From NCBI GenBank assembly GCA_024236075.1, contig JACKLE010000001.1:130440-194439 (forward strand): 64,000 nucleotides of DNA, given 5' to 3'. Source of the DNA: Alphaproteobacteria bacterium (GTDB lineage: Bacteria; Pseudomonadota; Alphaproteobacteria; JACAEB01). Below, piece after piece: positions 55,267-64,000 of this stretch. Position 1 is the stretch's first letter. Every line of letters starts with the position of its first letter. Position numbers and translations under genes: made by a program. The notes under the pieces are model-generated. The model saw nothing but the letters and a program-made list of their open reading frames with translations. It had not been told where the DNA came from and ran no database searches.

Positions 55267-56790
55267 ATGCGCGCGAAATCGGGCCTCCTCAAGGGCCTCA
55301 ACCCGACGGTCGCGATCCTCGCCAAGGCCCTCGTTCTCTCCTTCGTCCTGTTCGGCGTGCTCGAGACCGATCTCGCATCGGAGGCTTTCGAGGCGCTGCG
55401 GGAGGCGATCGTCGCGACGGTCGGCTGGCTCTATGTGCTCGTCGTCGCCGGCGCGCTCATCCTTGTGCTGTTCCTCATGGCGAGCCGATATGGGAGCCTG
55501 CGTCTCGGCAAGCCGGACGAGCGCCCGGCCTTCGGGCTGTGGTCCTGGTTCTCCATGCTCTTCGCGGCGGGCATGGGTATCGGGCTCGTCTTCTGGGCGG
55601 TCGCCGAGCCCGTCATGCATTTCGTCTCGAATCCCTTCGTCGCGGCGGGGGGCACGCCCAAGGCCGCCGAGGTCGCGATACGCCTAACCTTCTTTCATTG
55701 GGGCCTTCATCCTTGGGCGGTCTATGCCCTCGTCGGGCTGTGCTTCGCCTATTTCAGCTTTCGGCGCGGCCTGCCGCTCACCGTGCGCTCCTCGCTCGAG
55801 CCGATCTTCGGCGCGCGCGTCTGGGGTCCCGTCGGCCACGCCGTCGACATTCTCGCGATCTTCGCCACGACCTTCGGCGTCGCGACCTCGCTCGGGCTCG
55901 GCGCCGTGCAGATCAATGCGGGGCTCGAGCACCTTTTCGGCTGGCGCGTGTCCGTCGGCCATCAGCTCGTCATCATCGCCGCGATCACGGCCGTCGCGGT
56001 TACCTCCGTCGTCTCCGGCCTCGAGCGCGGCATCCGCATCCTCAGCGAGGCCAATCTCTGGATGTCCATCGTCTTTCTCGCTTTCGTGGCGAGCTTCGGC
56101 CCGACCGAATATCTCATCGAGACGCTCGTGCAGGGGGTCGGCGATTATCTGCAGAACATTGTCGGGCTCAGCTTCTGGACCGATGCCAACGCCAATCGCG
56201 GGTGGCAGGCGGCCTGGACCACCTTCTATTGGGGCTGGTGGCTGAGCTGGGCGCCCTTCGTGGGGCTCTTCATCGCGCGCATCTCCCGTGGGCGGACGAT
56301 TCGCGAGTTCCTGGCGGGCGTCCTCCTCGCGCCGACCCTCGTCACCTTCGTGTGGCTCGCCGTTCTCGGCGGGACGGCGCTTCACCTCGCCCTCGGCGGC
56401 GACGACAGCCTCGTCGCCGAGGTCAACACGGACGTGACGCTGTCGCTCTATGCGACGATCGAGACCCTCGACCCGGGCGTTCTCGGCAAGGTCGTGGCGG
56501 GGCTCGCGACGCTTCTCGTCGCCACCTATTTCGTGACCTCGTCGGACTCCGGCACGCTCGTCGTCAACACCATCCTGTCGGTGGGGGAGCTTCGGCCGCC
56601 GGTTCTGCACCGCGTCATCTGGGGCGTGAGCGAGGGCGCGGTGGCCGCGACGCTGCTCGTGGCCGGGGGCCTCTCCGCGCTTCAGTCGGCGGCGATCTCG
56701 GCCGCGCTTCCCATCGCGGTCATCCTGGTCCTGATGGCCGTTGGCCTCCTCAAATCGCTCGCGCGCGAGATGCCGGCCCCCCGGATCTGA
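55267..56790 (+). CDS. BCCT family (betaine/carnitine/choline) transporter
   Basis: 507 aa, about 12 TM segments. ..WSWFSMLFAAGMGIGLVFWAVAEP.. and ..TTFYWGWWLSWAPFVGLFIARISRGRTIREF.. are BCCT signatures. Confidence 0.85.
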   Translation: MRAKSGLLKGLNPTVAILAKALVLSFVLFGVLETDLASEAFEALREAIVATVGWLYVLVVAGALILVLFLMASRYGSLRLGKPDERPAFGLWSWFSMLFAAGMGIGLVFWAVAEPVMHFVSNPFVAAGGTPKAAEVAIRLTFFHWGLHPWAVYALVGLCFAYFSFRRGLPLTVRSSLEPIFGARVWGPVGHAVDILAIFATTFGVATSLGLGAVQINAGLEHLFGWRVSVGHQLVIIAAITAVAVTSVVSGLERGIRILSEANLWMSIVFLAFVASFGPTEYLIETLVQGVGDYLQNIVGLSFWTDANANRGWQAAWTTFYWGWWLSWAPFVGLFIARISRGRTIREFLAGVLLAPTLVTFVWLAVLGGTALHLALGGDDSLVAEVNTDVTLSLYATIETLDPGVLGKVVAGLATLLVATYFVTSSDSGTLVVNTILSVGELRPPVLHRVIWGVSEGAVAATLLVAGGLSALQSAAISAALPIAVILVLMAVGLLKSLAREMPAPRI

Positions 56791-56889
56791 GGGGTCCGCG
56801 CGCCGGCCATGCGCGTGCCGCGTCTTGCGCATGGCGGCACGGCTGCGCCTAATACGCCGGTCAAGAGAGAGAGATTGAGGAGGAAGGCC

Positions 56890-57657
56890 ATGTCGCTCTT
56901 CGACCTTCAGGGCCAGGTTGCCGTCATCACCGGCTCCTCGCGCGGCATCGGCCGGGCGATCGCCGAGCGTTTCGCGGAGGCGGGCGCCAAAGTCGTCATC
57001 AGCTCGCGAAAATCGGGACCTTGCGAGGAAGTCGCGGGCGCGATCAACGCCGCCCGGGGCAACGGCACCGCCATCGCCGTTCCGGCCAATATTTCCTCCA
57101 AGGAGGATCTGCAGCGCCTGGTCGACGAGACGCGCAAGGCGTTCGGGAAGATCACGGCCCTTGTGTGCAACGCGGCCGCGAACCCGTTCTACGGGCCGAT
57201 GTCGGACCTGCCGGACGACGCGTTCAACAAGATCTTGCAGAACAACATCGTCTCCAACCACTGGCTCGTCCAAATGGTCGCCCCCGAGATGATCGCGCGC
57301 AAGGACGGCAGCGTCATCATCGTTTCATCCGTCGGGGGCCTGAAGGGAAGCCCGGTGCTCGGCGCCTATTGCATCTCTAAGGCGGCGGATATGCAGCTTG
57401 CACGCAATCTCGCGGTCGAGCTCGGACCGTCCAATATCCGGGTGAACTGCATCGCGCCCGGGCTCATCCGTACCGATTTCGCGCGCGCCTTGTGGGAAAA
57501 CCCCGACGTCCTCAAGCGCGTCACGGCCACGGCGCCCTTGCGGCGCATCGGCGAGCCCGACGAGATCGCGGGCTGCGCGGTCTACCTCGCCGCGCCGGCG
57601 GGGCGCTTCACGACGGGCCAGGTCTTCGTCATCGACGGCGGCGCGACCATCGCATGA
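56890..57657 (+). CDS. SDR family oxidoreductase
   Basis: TGSSRGIG cofactor motif, NAA, catalytic Y-x-x-x-K (..YCISKAA..). SD GAGGAGGA lies before ATG 56890. Confidence 0.85.
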   Translation: MSLFDLQGQVAVITGSSRGIGRAIAERFAEAGAKVVISSRKSGPCEEVAGAINAARGNGTAIAVPANISSKEDLQRLVDETRKAFGKITALVCNAAANPFYGPMSDLPDDAFNKILQNNIVSNHWLVQMVAPEMIARKDGSVIIVSSVGGLKGSPVLGAYCISKAADMQLARNLAVELGPSNIRVNCIAPGLIRTDFARALWENPDVLKRVTATAPLRRIGEPDEIAGCAVYLAAPAGRFTTGQVFVIDGGATIA

Positions 57658-57702
57658 TCTGTCCGCCGCTCGAGCGGCACGAAAAAATCGGGAGGAGCCG
57701 GG

Positions 57703-58662
57703 ATGATCGGAACGCGGCGAAATTTGCTGCTGACAGGCGCGGGAGGATTGACGCTCGCCGCCTGCGCGGATCTGCCCTTTGGGTCGGGCGACAAGAAGGC
57801 AGGGGATGAGCGCATGCCGGTCGAAGTTGCGAGCGCCTATGCCGAGTCCGTCGCCTTGGTCGGGTATACGGAGGATCTCGCATCGGAGGTTTCGGTGCGG
57901 CTCGCGCGCTTTCCGGTCGCGGGCGCCGGCACCCTGTGGGCCGTGGCGATCATCGGCGGAAAGACGTTCGGCCTCGGCGAGCCCATAAAGCTCTCCTCCG
58001 CGGCGCAGGCGACCCCCGTCAACAGCGAGACCGCGCTCTATGACGAGCGCGGACCGGCCTCGGCGCGCTTCCTGCGCCACCATCTCTCCCTCGCGAGCTT
58101 CGACGGCGCCATGAACGTCACGGCGCCCATGCATGCGACCGGCCATCCCCCTCCGGGGCCCGGAACCGTTCCCGTCGGGATCGAGGCGAGCTTTTCCGCG
58201 ATCCATGCCCCCGTGCTCGCGCGCGACGGCCGGCGCGAGGTCTTCGGCGTCATCGACGCCAAGGTGACGACGCCCGACGGGCCCGTCGCCTTCTCCGGGC
58301 CGGCAAAATGGCACGAGCAGTCCGGCGACCGGACGGCATTCGCCCCGCGCTTCACCTACATCGCCGTCTCGAATCGGGAGCGGGCGCTGCTCGCCGTCGC
58401 GCGCGAGGATTCGGACTATGGCTTCGCGGTCATCGACGGAAAGACCGTTCAGGTCGTCAAGGTGACGGTCGGTCCGATGGCCGAGCGCCGTTCGCTGAAG
58501 GTCGTCCTGGAAGACGGGCGCAAGATCGCCGGCACGCTCGACGTCGTGCACGAGACCTCCATGCCTGTCGAGGGCCGTCGTCGCCTGAGCACCACCGTCA
58601 TGGCGCGCACCAGCATCGGCGATCTCGTCGGACATGCCAATGACTGGGACCCCAAGGCTTGA
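57703..58662 (+). CDS. Hypothetical Tat-signal lipoprotein (319 aa)
   Basis: MIGTRRNLLLTGAGGLTLAAC: twin-arginine motif plus lipobox. SD GGAGGAG. No family recognised. The stop is 5 nt before the carboxylase ATG. Confidence 0.6.
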   Translation: MIGTRRNLLLTGAGGLTLAACADLPFGSGDKKAGDERMPVEVASAYAESVALVGYTEDLASEVSVRLARFPVAGAGTLWAVAIIGGKTFGLGEPIKLSSAAQATPVNSETALYDERGPASARFLRHHLSLASFDGAMNVTAPMHATGHPPPGPGTVPVGIEASFSAIHAPVLARDGRREVFGVIDAKVTTPDGPVAFSGPAKWHEQSGDRTAFAPRFTYIAVSNRERALLAVAREDSDYGFAVIDGKTVQVVKVTVGPMAERRSLKVVLEDGRKIAGTLDVVHETSMPVEGRRRLSTTVMARTSIGDLVGHANDWDPKA

Positions 58663-58667
58663 GCGGC

Positions 58668-61600
58668 ATGAGCCTCGCGCGCCTGCTCATCGCCAATCGC
58701 GGCGAGGTTGCGGTGCGCGTCGCGCGTGCCGCGCGCGCGCTCGGGATCGAAACCGTCGCCATCTTTTCGGAGGACGACGCGCAGTCCCTGCATGTCTCGC
58801 TGGCGGACCGGGCCCATGCGCTCGAGGGCGTCGGCCCCGCGCCCTATCTCGATCGTGAGCGGATCGTCGCCGCCGCCCTCGCCACGGGCTGCGATGCCGT
58901 TCATCCCGGCTACGGCTTCCTGAGCGAGTCGGCCGCGTTCGCGAGTGCGGCCCATGAGGCGGGACTCGTCTTTGTCGGCCCGAGCGCCGAGACGCTCGAC
59001 CTGTTCGGCGACAAGGGCCATGCGCGCGGCCTTGCGCGCTCGCTGGGCATTCCGGTTCTCGCCGGCACGGAGGGGCCGACAAGCCTCGACGAGGCACGCG
59101 CTTTCTTCGAGTCGCTTCCGGCCGGCGGCGCCATGATGATCAAGGCCGTCGCGGGCGGCGGCGGGCGCGGCATGCGGAGCGTCCGCGTGGCGGGCGAGAT
59201 CGATGGAACCTATGAGCGCTGCCGGTCCGAGGCGCTCGCGGCCTTCGGCGTGGGCGAGGTCTATGTCGAGGAGATGATGCCGGATGCCCGGCATATCGAG
59301 GTCCAGATTGTCGGCGACGGCACCGGAGACGTCGTTCACCTCTACGAGCGCGATTGCAGCCTTCAGCGCCGTCACCAGAAGATCGTAGAGATCGCTCCGG
59401 CTCCCAATCTGCCGCAGGCGATGCGTGAGGCGATGCTCGAAGCGGCCGTCGCGCTCGCGCGCGCGGCGCGCTACAGCGGTGTCGGCACGATCGAGTTTCT
59501 CGTCGACGGCAAGAGCGGACGCTTTGCCTTCATAGAGGCCAATGCGCGCCTCCAGGTCGAGCATCCGATTACGGAGGAAGTGATCGGGATCGACATCGTC
59601 AAGACCCAGCTCAAGATCGCGGGCGGAAAGGGCCTGAAGGAGCTTGGGCTCGTCCAGTCGCGGATCGCGCCCCCCCGAGGCGTCGCCCTGGAGCTGCGCA
59701 TCAACATGGAGACGCTCGAGGCCGGCGGAGCCCTGAGGCCGGGCCATGCGCGCCTCGGCCACTATCTGCCCCCGACCGGCCCGGGATTGCGCGTCGACGG
59801 CGCCGGCTATCCGGGCCTCGTTCCCTCCCCTCGCTTCGACTCGCTCCTCGCAAAGCTCGTCGTGCATACGCCGGAGGGCGGGCTCGCCGAGGCGCTCGCC
59901 ATGGCGCGGGCCGGCCTCGAGGAGTTCGAGATCCAGGGACCGGCGACGAATATTGCATTCCTGCGCGCCGTGCTCGCGCGCGAGGAGATTGCGGAATGGG
60001 ACGTCTCCACGCGTCTCGTCGACGATCGCTTGGACGATCTCGTGGAGGCGGCGAAAGCGCCGGGCTCGCGTCGCGGCCCGCACGCGGCCGCACCCGCTTC
60101 GCTTCAGCCGGGCGGCTCCGTCGCGGACATGGCATCGGCTCCTCCGGGCACGGAGGCCGTCGTTGCGCCCATGGCCGGGACGCTCGTGGCCTATTCGGTC
60201 GGGGTCGGCGACGCCGTCGCCGCCGGCGCCGAGGTCGCGGTCCTCGAAGCGATGAAGATGGAGCATCTGGTCGCAGCATCGGCGGGCGGCGTCGTGCGCG
60301 CGCTGGCATGCGAGCCGGGCACGACCGTCGGCGAGGGCGAGGCGCTCCTCTACGTCGAGCCGGCCGAGGTGGCTGCGGCCGCACGCGCCAACGAGTCCGC
60401 GCGCGATCTCGATCGCATCCGCACGGATCTCGCCGAGGCCCTGGAGCGTCACGCGATCACCGAGGATGCCCGCCGTCCGGAGGCGGTCGCGCGGCGCCGC
60501 AAGACAGGTCAGCGCACGGCGCGCGAAAACGTTGCCGATCTCGTCGATCCGGGCTCCTTCATCGAATATGGCGCGCTTGCGCTCGCCGCGCAGCGCCGCC
60601 GCCGCTCGGAAGAGGAGCTCCTCAAGATGAGCCCCGCCGACGGCATGATCGCCGGCATCGGATCCGTAAACGGAGCGCTTTTCGACGAGGATCGCGCGCG
60701 CACCATGGTGCTCGCCTACGACTATACGGTTCTGGCCGGCACGCAAGGCCACATGAATCACAAGAAAAAGGACCGCATGCTGCACCTCGCCGAGCGCTGG
60801 CGTGTGCCGCTCGTCCTTTTCGCGGAAGGCGGCGGCGGGCGGCCCGGCGATACGGACGCGGCCGGCGTCGCCGGGCTCGACATCGTCACCTTCGCGCAAT
60901 ATGCGCAGCTCAACGCGCTGGTACCCATCCTTGGGATCGTCTCGGGACGTTGTTTCGCCGGAAACGCCGCGCTGCTCGGCTGCTCCGACGTCGTCATCGC
61001 CACCGAAAATTCGACCATCGGCATGGGCGGCCCCGCCATGATCGAGGGGGGCGGGCTCGGCACCTACGCGCCGGAGGAGGTCGGGCCCGTGGCCGCCCTC
61101 GCGCCCGCGGGCGTCCTTGACCTCATCGTGCCCGACGAGACGGCGGCCGTCGCGGCGGCGAAGAAATATCTCGCCTATTTCCAGGGCCCGACGGCGAATT
61201 GGACCTGCGCGGATCAGCGCCTTCTGCGCGGTCTCGTGCCCGAGAACCGGCTGCGCGTCTACGACGTGCGCCGCGTCATCGAGGCGCTGGCCGACGAGGG
61301 GTCCGTGCTCGAGCTTCGCCGCGAGTTCGGCCACGGCATGATCACGGCCCTCGTGCGCGTCGAAGGCCGGCCCATGGGCCTGGTCGCCAACAATCCCATG
61401 CATCTTGCGGGCGCGATCGATTCGCCGGGGGCGGACAAATCCGCCCGCTTCATGCAGCTGTGCGACGCGCACGGCCTGCCGCTTCTCTTTCTCTGCGATA
61501 CGCCGGGCATCATGGTGGGCCCGCAATCGGAGCGCACGGGCACGGTGCGCCACGCCTCCCGCCTCTTCGTCACGGCGGCGAACCTTTCGGTTCCTCTCTT

Positions 61601-61973
61601 CACCGTCGTCCTTCGCAAGGGCTATGGCCTCGGCGCGCAAACCATGGCGGGAGGCAGCTTCCAAATGCCGTTCTTCACCGTGTCCTGGCCGACCGGCGAG
61701 TTCGGCGGCATGGGGCTCGAGGGCGCGGTGCGGCTCGGCTATCGCCGCGAGCTCGAGGCGATCGACGATCCGGGCGAGCGCGAGGCGCATTTCCGCGCCA
61801 TGGTCGACCGCATGTACAAGCACGGCAAGGCCGTGAACATGGCGGCGCATCTGGAGATCGACGACGTCATCGATCCGGCCGACACGCGACGCTGGATCGT
61901 GCGCGGCCTTGCTTCCGTGCCCAAGGAGCCGCCGCGCCAGGGCAAGCGCCGGACGATCGTCGATACGTGGTGA
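58668..61973 (+). CDS. Single-chain biotin-dependent acyl-CoA carboxylase (BC-BCCP-CT fusion, LCC-like)
   Basis: N-terminal biotin carboxylase/ATP-grasp (..LLIANRGEVAVR.., ..KAVAGGGGRGMR.., ..EANARLQVEHPITE..), a biotinyl domain with EAMKME (AMKM at nt 60249-60260), and a C-terminal carboxyltransferase domain (..MVLAYDYTVLAGTQG.., ..GRPMGLVANNP..). Confidence 0.85.
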   Translation: MSLARLLIANRGEVAVRVARAARALGIETVAIFSEDDAQSLHVSLADRAHALEGVGPAPYLDRERIVAAALATGCDAVHPGYGFLSESAAFASAAHEAGLVFVGPSAETLDLFGDKGHARGLARSLGIPVLAGTEGPTSLDEARAFFESLPAGGAMMIKAVAGGGGRGMRSVRVAGEIDGTYERCRSEALAAFGVGEVYVEEMMPDARHIEVQIVGDGTGDVVHLYERDCSLQRRHQKIVEIAPAPNLPQAMREAMLEAAVALARAARYSGVGTIEFLVDGKSGRFAFIEANARLQVEHPITEEVIGIDIVKTQLKIAGGKGLKELGLVQSRIAPPRGVALELRINMETLEAGGALRPGHARLGHYLPPTGPGLRVDGAGYPGLVPSPRFDSLLAKLVVHTPEGGLAEALAMARAGLEEFEIQGPATNIAFLRAVLAREEIAEWDVSTRLVDDRLDDLVEAAKAPGSRRGPHAAAPASLQPGGSVADMASAPPGTEAVVAPMAGTLVAYSVGVGDAVAAGAEVAVLEAMKMEHLVAASAGGVVRALACEPGTTVGEGEALLYVEPAEVAAAARANESARDLDRIRTDLAEALERHAITEDARRPEAVARRRKTGQRTARENVADLVDPGSFIEYGALALAAQRRRRSEEELLKMSPADGMIAGIGSVNGALFDEDRARTMVLAYDYTVLAGTQGHMNHKKKDRMLHLAERWRVPLVLFAEGGGGRPGDTDAAGVAGLDIVTFAQYAQLNALVPILGIVSGRCFAGNAALLGCSDVVIATENSTIGMGGPAMIEGGGLGTYAPEEVGPVAALAPAGVLDLIVPDETAAVAAAKKYLAYFQGPTANWTCADQRLLRGLVPENRLRVYDVRRVIEALADEGSVLELRREFGHGMITALVRVEGRPMGLVANNPMHLAGAIDSPGADKSARFMQLCDAHGLPLLFLCDTPGIMVGPQSERTGTVRHASRLFVTAANLSVPLFTVVLRKGYGLGAQTMAGGSFQMPFFTVSWPTGEFGGMGLEGAVRLGYRRELEAIDDPGEREAHFRAMVDRMYKHGKAVNMAAHLEIDDVIDPADTRRWIVRGLASVPKEPPRQGKRRTIVDTW

Positions 61974-61977
61974 GCCC

Positions 61978-63411
<1,434 letters not shown>

Positions 63412-63514
63412 GGCGCCAGTCTAAGCCGCCTCGCGCCCGGGCAACAGGCTTGCGCGCTTCCGTGCCAGGTCCCAAATGGCACGGGGAGACCATGTTCGAA
63501 AGGTTCGAGGCTCC

Positions 63515-64000
63515 ATGATCGAAAGCGCAATCGTGATTCGCGCGCGGGCCGCGCGCATCGAGGACGATGCGCTCGTCTGGGAGGACGAGGGCGACACGAC
63601 ACGGCGGCTGCCGTTCTCCGACATCGTCGAGATCGTCGTGCAGACGACCGGCGCCGGTGCCTCGCGCAAAAGCGAGATCCGCGTGACGACCCGCGACGGG
63701 CGCGTGCTCCTCCTCATCGAGGACGGCAAGGTGACGCTCAAAGGGCCGGGCGCGGGCGAGCTGGCACGAGCCCTCACCGCGGCGGTCTCGGCCGCCAATC
63801 CCTCCGTCGTCATCCGAACGGGCGTCGGCGCGGTCGGGGCGCTCTTCTTTCTTCTGCTCGCGCTCGCCGTCATCGGCCTCGTTGTCGGGCTCGTCTTCGT
63901 CGTCGTATTTTTCGGCCTCCTGTGGGCCGCAATCGGGGTGGCGCTCTTCAGCGTGCTCGCGCTGCCGCGTATTCTCGGAGCCTTGCTGCGGCGGTGGAGG
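63515..64000 (+). CDS. Hypothetical membrane protein (5' part, runs off window end)
   Basis: Not in the ORF track because no stop is reached. ATG 63515 opens a high-GC3 frame (MIESAIVIRARAARIEDDALVWEDEG..) ending in hydrophobic segments (..GAVGALFFLLLALAVIGLVVGLVFVVVFFGLLWAAIGVALF..). Preferred over antisense ORF 63421-63873. Confidence 0.45.
   Translation, partial: MIESAIVIRARAARIEDDALVWEDEGDTTRRLPFSDIVEIVVQTTGAGASRKSEIRVTTRDGRVLLLIEDGKVTLKGPGAGELARALTAAVSAANPSVVIRTGVGAVGALFFLLLALAVIGLVVGLVFVVVFFGLLWAAIGVALFSVLALPRILGALLRRWR

Overview
High-GC (about 70% by eye) alphaproteobacterial chromosome segment. GcrA, class-I LysRS, a SAM-II riboswitch, long-form dCTP deaminase and EcfG-type promoter motifs support that placement. 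Positions 1-20.3 kb and 31.8-36.6 kb are ordinary housekeeping: pstS(3' end)-pstCAB-phoU-phoB, gcrA, argD-argF-hslO, argE-like, trkH, folE, apaG, metZ, dcd, arfB, lysK. After a tRNA-Gly(CCC) at 20.36 kb the content becomes accessory. It includes a two-gene phosphonatase module, a STAS-like gene and a 427-aa orphan. It also holds a prkA-yeaH-spoVR operon with an acylphosphatase and an alpha/beta-hydrolase-like gene inserted into it. The candidates I consider most novel are:
- Two tandem paralogous, exported, 8-Cys proteins of unrecognised family (36.7-39.9 kb). They have lower GC and a sigma54-type -24/-12 promoter.
- Three tandem exported DUF3604/PHP-like metallo-phosphoesterase paralogs (47.1-53.0 kb). 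They sit behind a ~36% GC control region full of small palindromes.
Also present are a glycine-methylation betaine pathway (GSMT-SDMT-BCCT) and a single-chain BC-BCCP-CT carboxylase operon. Two GGAAC-N17-CGTT general-stress-type promoter motifs lie upstream of prkA and the STAS-like gene. I saw no rRNA, CRISPR, transposase or integrase. Many long ORFs in the track are antisense shadows typical of high-GC DNA. All family calls come from reading the translations; no searches were run.
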